A DNA stretch of 64,000 bases, from NCBI GenBank assembly GCA_963716745.1, contig OY970320.1, positions 1,728,001 through 1,792,000 of the forward strand, given 5' to 3'. This document shows positions 40,438-51,267 of this stretch, piece after piece (position 1 is the stretch's first letter; every line of letters starts with the position of its first letter). The position numbers and the translations under genes are program-made. This DNA is from an uncultured Gemmatimonadaceae bacterium (GTDB taxonomy: Bacteria; Gemmatimonadota; Gemmatimonadetes; Gemmatimonadales; Gemmatimonadaceae). The notes under the pieces were generated by a model. It worked only from the letters and a program-made list of their open reading frames with translations. It did not search any database and was not told where the DNA came from.

Positions 40438-41274
40438 ATGCCCGCCGTCGCCAAGCAGCCATCCGTCCAGCAGCTCGAGACCACGGCGCGCTCCCTGCGC
40501 CGCCACATCCTCAAGATGATCGCCGCCGCCAACAGCGGACATCCCGGCGGGTCTCTCTCGGCGGTCGAGATCGTGACCGCGCTGTACTTCGGCGGCATCC
40601 TCCGCCACGACGCGAAACGCCCCGAATGGCCCGACCGCGACCGCTTCATCCTGAGCAAGGGACACGGCGCGCCGGTGCTCTACGCGGCGCTCGCCGAGTG
40701 CGGGTATTTCCCGGTGAGCGAGCTGATGACGCTCCGCCAGGTGAACTCGCGCATGCAGGGTCATCCGGTGCAAGGCATCACGCCGGGCGTCGAGGCCTCC
40801 ACCGGGTCGCTCGGCCAGGGACTCTCGATCGGCATCGGTCACGCGATCGCCGCGCGCCTCGATGGCAAGGACTACCACACGTACGTCCTGTTGGGCGATG
40901 GCGAGTGTCAGGAAGGCCAGGTGTGGGAGGCGGTCATGACCGCCGGCAATTACAAGCTCGGGTCGCTCACGGCGATCATCGATTCCAATCGCTATCAGCT
41001 CGACGGCGAGGTGCGGGACATCAATTCACTCGCGCCGCTCCCGGCCAAGTTCAAGGATTTCGGCTGGCACCCGCTCGAAGTGGACGGCCACGACGTGGCC
41101 GCCGTGATGCAGGCGCTCGACACAGCAAAGGCGAACCGCAACGGTCCGTCGTGCGTCATAGCCCATACCGTGAAGGGGAAGGGCGTGAGCTTCATGGAGA
41201 ACAACAACGAATTCCACGGGAAGGCGCCGACGCCCGATCAACTGAAGATGGCCCTTGCGGAGTTGGGCGAATGA
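40438..41274 (+). CDS. Transketolase, N-terminal (TPP-binding) subunit
   Basis: SGHPGG, RDRFILSKGH, GSLGQG, GDGE.QEG, KGKG. Confidence 0.95.
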   Translation: MPAVAKQPSVQQLETTARSLRRHILKMIAAANSGHPGGSLSAVEIVTALYFGGILRHDAKRPEWPDRDRFILSKGHGAPVLYAALAECGYFPVSELMTLRQVNSRMQGHPVQGITPGVEASTGSLGQGLSIGIGHAIAARLDGKDYHTYVLLGDGECQEGQVWEAVMTAGNYKLGSLTAIIDSNRYQLDGEVRDINSLAPLPAKFKDFGWHPLEVDGHDVAAVMQALDTAKANRNGPSCVIAHTVKGKGVSFMENNNEFHGKAPTPDQLKMALAELGE

Positions 41275-42227
41275 CCGCGCCGCTGAGTCTCCCCACCGGC
41301 AAGGCGACGCGCGAAGCGTACGGCGACGCACTGCTGGAGCTCGGCAAAGTGAACAAGGACATCGTGGCGATCGACGCCGATCTCGCGAAGTCCACCTTCT
41401 CGTGGACGTTCGGCAAAGTGTTCCCCGAGCGCTTCTTCAATATCGGCATCCAGGAAGCGAACATGGTGGGGATCGCCAGCGGGCTCGCGTCCAGCGGGAA
41501 GATCCCGTTCATCTCGAGCTTCGCCGCGTTCGTGCTCTGCAAGGGATTCGATCAGCTGCGCATGGGCGCCGCGTATCCGCATCTGAACATCAAGGTTGCC
41601 GGGTCGCACGGCGGCATCTCGATCGGCGAGGATGGCGTGTCGCAGCAATCGGTGGAGGACGTCGCGCTCGCGTGCGCGCTGCCGGGATTCATCGTGTGCA
41701 TCCCGTGCGACGAGCACTCGATGCGCGCCGCCGTGCACGCGGCTGCCGCTCTTAAGGGTCCGGTGTATCTGCGGCTCGGCCGCCCGAAGGCGCCGGTGAT
41801 CCACCAGCCGGATGTGAAGTTCGCCTTCGGCAAGGCGCTGCAGCTGCGCGACGGGAAGTCGCTCACCATCGTCGCGAACGGCCTGCTCGTGGCACAGGCG
41901 CTGCTCGCCGCCGCCGACCTCTCGGCCCGCGGTATCGAAGCGCGCGTGCTCGACATGCACACGATCAAGCCCATCGACGCCGACGCGCTCTCCCACGCCG
42001 CGAAGGAGACGGGCGCCATCGTCGTCGCCGAGGAACACATGCACTCGGGCGGACTCGGCGCCGCGGTGAGCCAGTCGCTCGCCGCCACCACGCCCTGCCC
42101 CGTGGAGTTCGTGGACCTCGGCGACCGCTACGCCGAGAGCGGCAAGCCCGACGACCTGATGAAGAAGTACGGCATGCTCGCCCCGAACATCATCGCCGCG
42201 GCGGACAGAGTACTGAAGAGGAAATGA
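41271..42227 (+). CDS. Transketolase, C-terminal subunit
   Basis: ATREAYG, DADL, GIQEANM, GEDG.SQ, IKP.D, EEH. Confidence 0.95.
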   Translation: MTAPLSLPTGKATREAYGDALLELGKVNKDIVAIDADLAKSTFSWTFGKVFPERFFNIGIQEANMVGIASGLASSGKIPFISSFAAFVLCKGFDQLRMGAAYPHLNIKVAGSHGGISIGEDGVSQQSVEDVALACALPGFIVCIPCDEHSMRAAVHAAAALKGPVYLRLGRPKAPVIHQPDVKFAFGKALQLRDGKSLTIVANGLLVAQALLAAADLSARGIEARVLDMHTIKPIDADALSHAAKETGAIVVAEEHMHSGGLGAAVSQSLAATTPCPVEFVDLGDRYAESGKPDDLMKKYGMLAPNIIAAADRVLKRK

Positions 42228-42228
42228 A

Positions 42229-42260
42229 GACGGCGGAGAGTTGTTGGCCTCTCCGCCGTT
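42229..42260. terminator. Hairpin between convergent transketolase and ferredoxin genes
   Basis: gacggcggagag-ttgttggc-ctctccgccgtt. Confidence 0.65.
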
Positions 42261-42265
42261 GGGTT

Positions 42266-42303
42266 CTAACGTCTAGGTCTAGCGTCTAAGTCTGCAGTTC
42301 AGC
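42266..42303. repeat. Degenerate 6-7-nt tandem array (TAGACNN on minus) starting at the ferredoxin stop
   Basis: Minus strand gcTGAactgcagacttagacgctagacctagacgttaga. Confidence 0.55.
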
Positions 42304-42562
42304 GCGTTGGCTTCCCCGGCGGCTTGTCGCTCTTGAACACATCCTTGTTGATTTGGATGTACTCGACCGACTTCGACGGCACGTCTTCTTCGGGAAAGAT
42401 CGCGGTCACCGGACACTCCGGCTCGCAGGCGCCGCAATCAATGCATTCATCGGGATGGATGTACAGCATCGTCTCCCCTTCATAGATGCAATCCACCGGG
42501 CAGACGTCGACGCACGCCTTATCTTTGACCCCGATACATGCTTCGGTGATGATGTAGGGCAT
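42299..42562 (-). CDS. fdxA: Dicluster ferredoxin (7Fe FdxA-like)
   Basis: YII.E.C...KD..C..VCPVDCI...[17 protein letters not shown]. Confidence 0.93.
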   Translation of the reverse strand: MPYIITEACIGVKDKACVDVCPVDCIYEGETMLYIHPDECIDCGACEPECPVTAIFPEEDVPSKSVEYIQINKDVFKSDKPPGKPTR

Positions 42563-42636
42563 TGCTCCCTCGAAGTTGCTTACCCGCTCGTTAGACCACG
42601 CAGAATAATATTGATTTTCCCGTCCGGGGACAGGGG

Positions 42637-43137
42637 ATGATGCGCATGGAGCCTGCCACCGCCACGCTGCGCCTCATGATCAACCGGCGCCCGCACGACG
42701 TCTCCGCGGCGCCCGGCGACACGCTGCTCGACGTGTTGCGCGGCAGTTTGGAGCTCACCGGTTCGAAGCTAGTGTGCGGACGCGGTGAATGCGGGGCGTG
42801 CACGGTGCATCTCGACGGCGAGCCTGCCTACGCCTGTCTCACCCTCGCCGTGGCCTGCGAAGGCGCCGCGATCACCACCATCGAGGGCGTCGCCGACGGC
42901 GAGGCGCTCCACCCGCTGCAGGCCGCGTTCGTGGCGCACGACGCCCTGCAGTGCGGCATGTGCACGCCGGGACAGATCATGGCCGCCCTCGCCCTACTCG
43001 AGCGGAATCCGGATCCGTCCGAGGAGGAGGTCACACGCTGGATGAGCGGCAACCTCTGCCGCTGCGGCGCCTATCCGAAGATCCGGCGCGCCATCCTCGC
43101 CGCGGCGCAAACCATGCGCACGGGTCATGGCCGCTAA
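42637..43137 (+). CDS. Xanthine dehydrogenase family 2Fe-2S subunit (PaoA/CoxS-like)
   Basis: K..C..G.CGACT, C, QCG.CTPG, GNLCRC. Confidence 0.93.
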   Translation: MMRMEPATATLRLMINRRPHDVSAAPGDTLLDVLRGSLELTGSKLVCGRGECGACTVHLDGEPAYACLTLAVACEGAAITTIEGVADGEALHPLQAAFVAHDALQCGMCTPGQIMAALALLERNPDPSEEEVTRWMSGNLCRCGAYPKIRRAILAAAQTMRTGHGR

Positions 43138-45402
43138 GAAGAAGCCGGCCCCCGGCAGCTTCGTCACGACCACGGTGGAGGTCGAGGGACGCGTCGAGAC
43201 GAAGATCGTCGCGATCCCGGCCTTCGAACCCGCGCCGTGGACGGATCGCGCCGAACTCACCGTCGTCGGCCGGCGCGCCAAGCGCGTCGATGCGGCTGAC
43301 AAGGTCACCGGCCGCGCGCGTTACACCGTAGATGCGCGGCCCGCCGGGATGCTGCACGCGGCGATCCTGCGCGCGCCCATCGCGCGCGGCCGGCTCACGC
43401 ACATCGATCTCGCGCCCGCGCTCGCGATGCCGGGCGTGCGTGCCGCGCTCGCACGCGCCGGCATTCCCGCCATCGATTCACCCGGCGGGACTCTCTTCGC
43501 GCCCGATATCAACTACGCCGGACAGCCGTTGGCCGCAGTGTGCGCCGATACGCCTCGCAACGCGCAGCGCGCGCTCGCGGCGATCGTCGACCCGATACGA
43601 GCGCGCCGCGCACGCGGTGACCGCCGAGGATGCGCTCTCCGGCCATGATCTCCTGAGCGAACCGCAGATCACCGAACGCGGCGACGCCGCTGCCGCGCTC
43701 GAGCGCGCCGACGTCATGATCGCGCGCGAGTACCGCACGCCCACTGCCCTCCACTCTGCGCTCGAGCCCCACGCCGCCGTCGCCGAATGGGTAGGCGGAC
43801 GGCTCACGGTGTGGGAATCCACGCAGGGCATCTTCCACACGCGCGACGACCTGGCGCGCGCATTCGACCTGCCGCACACGCACGTTCGTGTGCTGCTCGA
43901 GCACATGGGCGGCGGCTTCGGCGCAAAGACCGGCGCCAGCACGAACGCGCTCGTCGCCGCATTGCTCGCCCGCGCCGCCAGCCGCCCCGTGCGCTGCGTG
44001 AACGACCGCGACGCCGAGCAGAGCGATGCGGGCAATCGGCCCGGCACGATCCAGCGAGTGTCGCTCGGCGCAAAGCGCGACGGCCGTCTCGTCGCGATCA
44101 CGCTCGATGCCGAGATCGCGACGCGCACGAACGAGCCCGACGCGGGACCCGCCGGCATCTTCCACGATCTCTACGCGTGCGCGAACGTGCGCACGCGCGA
44201 GCGGTTCCTGATCACGAACACGTCGCCCATGGCGAGCTTTCGCGCGCCCGGTTTCGTGGAGGGCGCCTTCGCGCTCGAGCGCGCGATGGATGAGCTCGCG
44301 AAGGCGCTCGGCATGGACCCGGTCGCGCTGCGGCTCAAGAACATCGCGCGCAAACATCCGAACACCGGCAAGCGATTCTCATCGCCGCTGTTCGCCGAAT
44401 GTCTCAACGATGGCGCCAAACGCTTCAAATGGACGAAGCGCGCGCCGCAGCGCACCGGCGCCATCCGTCGCGGGTACGGCATGGCCGCGCAAACGTGGAG
44501 CGCCGGCGGCGGGCCGCCGGCCAATGCGCTTGTGCGTCTCAATCCCGACGGCACCGCCGAGGTGCTCGCCGGCACGCAGGACCTCGGCACGGGCGCGCGC
44601 ACCGTGCTCGCGCAGATCGCGGCCGAGGTGCTCGGCGCGAAGCTCGCGGCGGTGCGCGTGATCCTCGGCGACACCGAGCGCACGCCCTACACTGGGAATT
44701 CATGGGGTTCGATGACCACCGCGTCGGTAGGCCCGGCGGTGCGCATGGCGGCCGAGGACGCGAAGCGGCAGTTGCTCGAATGCGTGCGCCGGAGTGTTCG
44801 GCGTGAGCGTGAAGCGCCTGGTCGCGCGCGATGGCTCCGTGCGCGTGCGCGGCACCAAGCGCGCGATGACCCTCGCGCAGATCGGCGCGAAGCTCGGCAA
44901 GCTGATGATCATCGGGCGCGGCACGCGCGGCCCGAACCCCGCGGCGACGTCACTCTCGACGTTCGGGGCGCAGTTCGCGGAGGTGGAGGTGAACGCCGAC
45001 ACCGGCGTCGTGCGCGTGGTGCGCATCGTCGCATCGCACAGCTGCGGGCGGATAGTGAATCCCACTCTCGCCGAGAGCCAGCTCGAGGGCGGGATTATCC
45101 AGGGACTCGGCTATGCCCTGTTCGAGGAGCGCGTGATGGATCGCGCGCTGGGGCTGCAAATGAACCGGAACCTGCACGACTACAAGATCCCGACCCTCGC
45201 CGACATCCCCGCGATCGACGCGCGGTTCGTGGAGCACGCGGATACCGTGGCGAACCACATCGGCGTGCTGGGCGTGGGCGAGCCGCCGATCATCCCCACC
45301 GCGCCGGCGATCGCGAACGCCGTGGCCGACGCGCTCGGAGTGGAATTGCGCGAGATCCCGCTCGCGCCGTGGCGCGTGCTCGACGCGATCGCGCGCGACT
45401 GA
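43127..45402 (+). CDS. Xanthine dehydrogenase family molybdopterin-binding subunit; two +1 frameshifts (~43590, ~44787)
   Basis: KVTGRARY, LEPH, MGGGFGAK, FRAPG, QDLGTG, QLEGG..QGLG, GVGEP over three frames. Confidence 0.9.
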
Positions 45403-45405
45403 CCG

Positions 45406-45723
45406 CTAGCGCCGCCAGGCCGGCGCTTTGTCCGCCCGGTGGTCGAGCTCGGGATTCTCGCGGTAGAGCGACGTCGTGCGGCCGATCACCTGCACGACGT
45501 CCGCGCCGAGCGCCGCGGCGAGTTCGTTGGCCGCCTGCTTCGCGGAGATGCCGGCGCGTTTCACGAGATGGACCTTCACGAGTTCGTGCGTGCGCAGCGC
45601 ATCGTCGAGCGAGGCGCGCAGCGCATCGGTGAGGCCCTGATGGCCGATGTGCACGGTGGCCTTGAGATGATGAGCCTCGGCACGCAGCGCTGCACGTTCT
45701 TTGCCGGTCAGAAGACCTCCCAA
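45406..45723 (-). CDS. yhbY: YhbY-like CRM-domain RNA-binding protein (start uncertain)
   Basis: LTGKERA.LR..AH.L...V.IG..G...HELVKV...VQ.IGR...LYR. Confidence 0.88.
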   Translation of the reverse strand: MGGLLTGKERAALRAEAHHLKATVHIGHQGLTDALRASLDDALRTHELVKVHLVKRAGISAKQAANELAAALGADVVQVIGRTTSLYRENPELDHRADKAPAWRR

Positions 45724-46881
45724 GCGAATCCTTCCATGATGTACTCCAGCCTGCGTTTCTCGGGGATGTACGTGCAGGATCACGGTTGCCCCAATGCGGT
45801 TGCCGTAGCCCTTCACCGCGAGGTCGTCCACGCCATCGCCGTCAGCATCGAAGGCCTTGATCACTTCGTGCGCCTTGAAGCGCAGATCGCGCACACTGAG
45901 GGGCACCGCGACGCCGGCGGTGTCGACGAGCAGTGCGAGCTGGTGCACATACTCGTAGTCGCCGGCCGACTGATTCACGAGCAGGATCACGCGCCAGTGC
46001 GCGAAGCATCCGATCGCCTGCGACCGCTGCACCTTCACTGATTTCTTGAGACGGTCCGTGAGCTTGGCCGTGTCGGCCTCGAGCACCACGGCCAGCGAGT
46101 CGGCCAGCTCCGAGACACGCAGCGCGAGTTCGATCGAGAGGGAATCATGGCTGCAGCCGGGCGTGAGCGCGTTGGCCACGGTCCCGGAATCGGGCAGCGC
46201 GACCGAATCGGTCGGCGGCGCAGGCGCGCCGGCCGGTCGCGCGGCGCTGTCGGGGTGCGCCGAGTCGGGCATGATCTTGGTGGCGAGTGCCACGAGCGTG
46301 ACGCCGCTGCGCGCCATCGAATCAATGAGGGCCGGCACCGCGAGCGTCGCGACGATACGCTTGTTCCATACCGTGTACCCGGTGACCGTCGCGGAATCCG
46401 CGCCCCACGGACCGTGCAGCACGAAGCGATCGCCCGGATGCACCGGCGAGAGCACCTTGGCCGCCTCTTCGAACGCCTTCTTCTGCTTGGCGCCGTTCAC
46501 CGAGCCGTCATAGCGCCCGAGATCCAGCAGCAGCCGCTTGCCGCGCGTCGCCGCGACGAATTTCGTCTGGATGAGCGCGTAGAATACCATGCGATCCGAG
46601 ATCGAGTCGGCAAGCGGGTCGAGCGACGCGATCCGCAGCGTGCCGGGCTTCGCGTTCGTGACCGTCGTGTCGGTGCTGCGTGAGATGGTCGCCGTGTCGG
46701 CGGCGGCGAGTTGCTGCTCGCGGGCCGCGGTGTCGTGTTCGGCCGCTCTCGTGAGCGCGCTCGAGAGCGTGTCGCGCGATTCCGTGTTCACTTTCTCGCC
46801 GCCGGTCGACGGACACGCGGCCAGCGCGAGTGCCGCGGCGCATCCGGTGAGTGCGGCGATCCGATTGAACACGAATGACAT
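45708..46881 (-). CDS. Hypothetical lipoprotein (apparent fusion to YhbY probably due to a +1 error near 45765)
   Basis: LAAC lipobox; DADGDGVDD loop; deleting one C gives ..EKRRLEYIMEGFAWEVF*. Confidence 0.7.
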
Positions 46882-46988
46882 TCGGGAGCGGGACGTGGGA
46901 GGGCCGTTCGCGCGGGCGGGCTGGTCTGGAATTAAGGGACGACCAAGGGTATGCTCAAGCACCGCACTTCGACAGTCGCCGCCTCTCC

Positions 46989-47957
46989 GTGCCCCACTCG
47001 CAATTCACATACACCCGCCCCGATTCGCTCCGCGACGCGCTCCATCGGCTCGCGGCCGCGGGCGCGCGTCCGCTCGGCGGCGGCACCGATCTACTGAGCG
47101 CGCTGAATGAGGACGTCGAGCAGGCGTCGGAACTCGTCGACCTGCGGCGCATCGCGGGGTTCGGTGAGATCAGCGGCGACGCGGCGCGGGGTCTCCGCAT
47201 CGGCGGCGGTGCTCGGCTGGCGGCGATCGCCACGCACGAGAAAGTGCGCGCGCACTGGCCGGTGTTGGCGCAGGCCTGCGAGGCCGTGGGCACCACGGCG
47301 CTCCGTCACATGGGAACCATCGGCGGCAACCTGTGCCAGCGACCGCGATGCTGGTATCTACGGCAGGGCGTGCCCTGCCTCAAGAACGGCGGCGACAGTT
47401 GCCCGGCAGAGCAGGGCGAGAACCGCTATCATTCAGTCTTGGGTGGGGGCCCGTGCTTCATCGTGCATCCATCCGATCCCGCGGTCGCGCTCACAGCGCT
47501 CGACGCGAGCGTAGTGATCGCCGGTCCCGCGGGCGAGCGGGGCGTGCCGGTGGCATCGTTCTTCACACTGCCGGCGGATGGCGTGTCGCGTGAGAATGTG
47601 TTAACCAATGGTGAGATCGTGGCTGCGCTCGAATTGCCGGCGGCGAGCGCCGGCGGGTGGCAGCGATATGAGAAAGTGATGGCGCGCGGCGCGTGGGATT
47701 TCGCTCTCGCGAGCCTCGCGGCAGTGCGCCGTACCAATGGCGATGTGCGTCTCGTGCTCGGTGGTGTCGCACCGCGTCCGTGGCGCGTGGACCACTCTGT
47801 GGAGCAGGACATCGCGTCGGGTGGGATCGGCGCCGAAGATGTTGCGACACTGGCTGACCGTGCGTTATACGATGCAAGACCGTTGAGCGGCAATTACTAT
47901 AAAGTGACCCTCGCCGCGGCATTATTGCGCCGCGCGATGACCGACATCCCGACTTGA
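46989..47957 (+). CDS. Xanthine dehydrogenase family FAD subunit with Cys insertion (PaoB-like)
   Basis: GGGTDL, R.MGTIGGNLCQRPRCWY..C..C, PSD, GGVAP.PWR. Confidence 0.92.
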   Translation: MPHSQFTYTRPDSLRDALHRLAAAGARPLGGGTDLLSALNEDVEQASELVDLRRIAGFGEISGDAARGLRIGGGARLAAIATHEKVRAHWPVLAQACEAVGTTALRHMGTIGGNLCQRPRCWYLRQGVPCLKNGGDSCPAEQGENRYHSVLGGGPCFIVHPSDPAVALTALDASVVIAGPAGERGVPVASFFTLPADGVSRENVLTNGEIVAALELPAASAGGWQRYEKVMARGAWDFALASLAAVRRTNGDVRLVLGGVAPRPWRVDHSVEQDIASGGIGAEDVATLADRALYDARPLSGNYYKVTLAAALLRRAMTDIPT

Positions 47958-47975
47958 CCTCCAGGGTAAGGACTC

Positions 47976-48794
47976 ATGCCCGTTCTTGAACTCGAAGGCA
48001 AGCCCGAGCTCGACGGCAATCCGCGCGAATTCGTCAGCGAATTGATGGTCGGGAGCGGGTCGCAGGCGGAGTGGCGTCTCGCGGGACTGGATCTCGCGGC
48101 GCGGCATTTCAAAGTCAGAGCCTCGAGCGACGGGACCGGCTCCGTGGTGCCAGCGTCCCCGCAGAACGTGGTGGTCGTGGGCGGCAAGCAGGTGATGCCC
48201 ACCGGCTCTCCGATCAATTCGGGGGATGTGATCTCGGCCGGCAACGCGCGATTCGTGTTCCTCAAGGACGCGAAGACGGCGCGCCCGGCGGTGCCCAAGC
48301 CGCCGCCGGATGCGCACCTGATCGACACGTCGAGCCGGAAGGGCTACACGCTGCGCAAGCGCGTGGTGCAGATCGGGCGCGAGATCGGCTGCAGCATCGT
48401 TCTCAAGGATCCCACCGTGTCGCGCTTCCACGCCGACGTCCGCGGCGAAGCGGGCGAGTTCGTGATCTACTCGATGGGCTCATCGGGCACGAAGATCAAC
48501 AATCAGCCGGCGAAGGATCCGAAGATCCTGGTGGAAGGCGACCAGATCCAGGTCGGCGACACGATCTTCACCTTCACGCGCCAGCCGCTGCCGCCGGGCG
48601 TGCGGCCCGTGCAGTTCGAGGACCACGACGACGACTCGTTCAGCCGCCGGAGCACGCAGCTGGCGCAGCGCGCCGTCACGATGGAGGGCGGCAAGTACCC
48701 GGTGGACGGGAAATCGCGCCTGCCGGTCATGCCCATGCTGATCGGTGCCGCGATCGTCAGCATCCTCGCCGTGCTCTATCTGGTCTTCCGGTAG
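47976..48794 (+). CDS. FHA domain protein with C-terminal TM anchor
   Basis: IGR...VSRFHA...SSGT.IN...L..GD.I..G; degenerate N-terminal FHA-like repeat. Confidence 0.85.
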   Translation: MPVLELEGKPELDGNPREFVSELMVGSGSQAEWRLAGLDLAARHFKVRASSDGTGSVVPASPQNVVVVGGKQVMPTGSPINSGDVISAGNARFVFLKDAKTARPAVPKPPPDAHLIDTSSRKGYTLRKRVVQIGREIGCSIVLKDPTVSRFHADVRGEAGEFVIYSMGSSGTKINNQPAKDPKILVEGDQIQVGDTIFTFTRQPLPPGVRPVQFEDHDDDSFSRRSTQLAQRAVTMEGGKYPVDGKSRLPVMPMLIGAAIVSILAVLYLVFR

Positions 48795-48842
48795 ACGCCG
48801 GTCGCGCGAACCAAGCTTGTAACGCATTTTAGCGCAATACAT

Positions 48843-48901
48843 TAGAGCCCCGTACCGGGGGCTCTAGTTTGCGTTGACAATTCCGATAGAATCGCTAGGC
48901 T
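48843..48901 (+). promoter_or_regulatory. Hairpin followed by a sigma70-type promoter for suf (TTGACA-N16-TAGGCT)
   Basis: tagagcccc...ggggctcta at 48843-48866; TTGACA 48874-48879; TAGGCT 48896-48901. Confidence 0.6.
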
Positions 48902-48941
48902 TAATAGTCTAACGTCGTCCAGCCGCGGTTCCGGAGCCTGT

Positions 48942-50375
48942 ATGAGCAGTCAGATCGAGTCCCTCGTCAACAAAGAATACGAGTACGGCTTCGTCACCGA
49001 CATCGAAGCCGATACGATCCCGCGCGGCCTCACCGAAGACACGGTGCGGCTCATCTCGGCCAAGAAGCAGGAACCGGCGTGGCTGCTCGAGTGGCGCCTC
49101 AAGGCGTTCCGCCGGTGGACCACGCTCACCGAGCCGCACTGGTCGAACGTGAAGTATCCGCCGATCGACTATCAGAACCTCTACTACTACTCGGCGCCTC
49201 GCACGAAGAAGCCGCTCGGCAGTCTCGACGAAGTCGATCCGAAACTGCTCGAGACGTACAACAAGCTCGGCATCTCGCTGAGCGAACAGAAGATGTTGTC
49301 GGGCGTCGCGGTGGATGCGGTGTTCGACTCCGTGTCCGTGGGCACGAGTTACAAGGAAGAGCTCGCGAAGCACGGGATCGTCTTCTGCTCGTTCTCCGAG
49401 GCGGTGCGCGAGCACGGCGACCTCGTGCGGAAGTACCTCGGCAGCGTCGTGCCGGCGAACGACAATTTCTTCGCCGCGCTCAACTCCGCGGTGTTCAGCG
49501 ACGGCTCCTTCTGCTACGTGCCGCCGGGCGTGCGCGCGCCGATGGAGCTCTCGACGTACTTCCGCATCAACGCCGAGAACACGGGACAGTTCGAGCGCAC
49601 GCTCATCGTGGCCGACGAGGGCGCGTACGTGAGCTATCTCGAGGGTTGCACCGCGCCCAAGCGCGACACGAATCAGCTGCATGCGGCCGTGGTGGAACTC
49701 GTCGCGCGCGATCGCGCGACGATCAAGTACTCCACGGTGCAGAACTGGTTCGCCGGCGACGCCGCGGGCAAGGGCGGCATCTACAATTTCGTGACGAAGC
49801 GCGGCAAGGCGGGCACCGACGCCAAGATCTCGTGGACGCAGGTGGAGACCGGCTCCGCGATCACGTGGAAATATCCGAGCGTGATCCTGCAGGGCGACCG
49901 CTCCGTGGGCGAGTTCTACTCGGTGGCGGTGGTGAACAATCATCAGCAGGCGGACACCGGCACCAAGATGCTCCACCTCGGCAAGGACACGAAGAGCACG
50001 ATCGTCTCGAAGGGGATCTCGGCCGGCCAGGGGAACAACAGTTACCGCGGCCGCGTGTTCGTGAGCCCGAAGGCGGCGCGCGCGCGCAATTACACGCAGT
50101 GCGATTCGATGCTCATCGGGAATCGCTGCGGCGCGCACACGTTCCCGTACATCGAGGTACAGAACGACAGCGCGACGGTGGAGCACGAAGCGAGCACGTC
50201 CAAGATCGGCGAGGACCAGATCTTCTATCTGAAGCAGCGCGGTCTGAGCGCCGAGCAGGCGGTGAGCATGATCGTCGCCGGCTTCTGTCGCGAAGTGTTC
50301 AAGGAACTGCCGATGGAATTCGCGTTGGAAGCGCAGCAACTGCTGGGGATCACGCTCGAGGGAAGCGTTGGCTGA
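48942..50375 (+). CDS. sufB: Fe-S cluster assembly protein SufB
   Basis: [43 protein letters not shown]. Confidence 0.98.
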   Translation: MSSQIESLVNKEYEYGFVTDIEADTIPRGLTEDTVRLISAKKQEPAWLLEWRLKAFRRWTTLTEPHWSNVKYPPIDYQNLYYYSAPRTKKPLGSLDEVDPKLLETYNKLGISLSEQKMLSGVAVDAVFDSVSVGTSYKEELAKHGIVFCSFSEAVREHGDLVRKYLGSVVPANDNFFAALNSAVFSDGSFCYVPPGVRAPMELSTYFRINAENTGQFERTLIVADEGAYVSYLEGCTAPKRDTNQLHAAVVELVARDRATIKYSTVQNWFAGDAAGKGGIYNFVTKRGKAGTDAKISWTQVETGSAITWKYPSVILQGDRSVGEFYSVAVVNNHQQADTGTKMLHLGKDTKSTIVSKGISAGQGNNSYRGRVFVSPKAARARNYTQCDSMLIGNRCGAHTFPYIEVQNDSATVEHEASTSKIGEDQIFYLKQRGLSAEQAVSMIVAGFCREVFKELPMEFALEAQQLLGITLEGSVG

Positions 50376-50379
50376 ACTA

Positions 50380-50486
50380 CGCGGGAAGCGGGACGCGGGA
50401 AGCGCCGCGGGACGCGACGAACTGACGAATGCATGCTCCCTTCAGTTCTCGCATCCCGCGGCGCATCCCGCGTCCCGCGTCCCGCG
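50380..50486. repeat. Heptamer (GCGGGAN) inverted array between sufB and sufC
   Basis: cgcgggaagcgggacgcgggaagcgccgcgggacgcgacgaactga pairs with tcagttctcgcatcccgcggcgcatcccgcgtcccgcgtcccgcg. Confidence 0.9.
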
Positions 50487-50514
50487 CCATCTCATTTCTT
50501 AGACTAGGCATTCC

Positions 50515-51267
50515 GTGCTCGATATCAAAGAACCTCTCGGCGAAAGCCGGTGACCGCGAGATATTGAAGGGCATCACGCTCCACGTGGACGCCGGCGAAG
50601 TGCATGCGATCATGGGGCCCAACGGCTCCGGCAAGATCCACGCTCGCGCAGGTGATCGCCGGCCATCCGGGCTATGAGGTCACGGGCGGCTCGGTGACCT
50701 ACATGGGGCAGGATCTCCTCGCCATGGCGCCCGAGGCGCGCGCGCAGGCGGGCGTCTTCCTCGCGTTCCAGTATCCGGTGGAGATTCCCGGCGTATCGAA
50801 CTCGCAATTCATGCGCACGGCGCTCAACGAGGTGCGCAAGGCGCGCGGCGAAGCCGAGATGGATGTCATGGAGTTCATGGAGTACATGGAGCGGAAGCTC
50901 CCCATGCTCGACATGGATCCGGCGATGATGCAGCGCTCGTTGAACGCGGGATTCTCGGGCGGCGAGAAGAAGCGGAACGAGATCCTGCAGATGGCGGTGC
51001 TCGAGCCCAAGCTCGCGGTGCTCGATGAGACCGACTCGGGCCTCGATATCGACGCGCTGCGCATCGTGGCGCAGGGCGTGAACACGCTGCGCCGCAAGGA
51101 CAACGCGACGATCGTCGTCACGCACTATCAGCGGCTGCTCAACTACATCGTGCCCGATCGCGTGCACGTGCTTTCGAACGGCCGCATCGTGACGCTCGGG
51201 CGGCAAGGAGCTCGCGCTCGAGCTGGAAGCGAAGGGCTACGATTGGCTCGAGGCGCCCGCGGCGTGA
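50515..51267 (+). CDS. sufC: Fe-S assembly ATPase SufC; three +1 frameshifts (~50527, ~50636, ~51195)
   Basis: [54 protein letters not shown]. Confidence 0.92.

Noticed and set aside
45406..46962. Novel lipoprotein-YhbY fusion (518-aa ORF)
   Set aside because: An exported lipoprotein fused to a cytoplasmic RNA-binding domain is implausible. Removing one C from a C-run gives a clean stop at 45708, matching the window-wide insertion errors.
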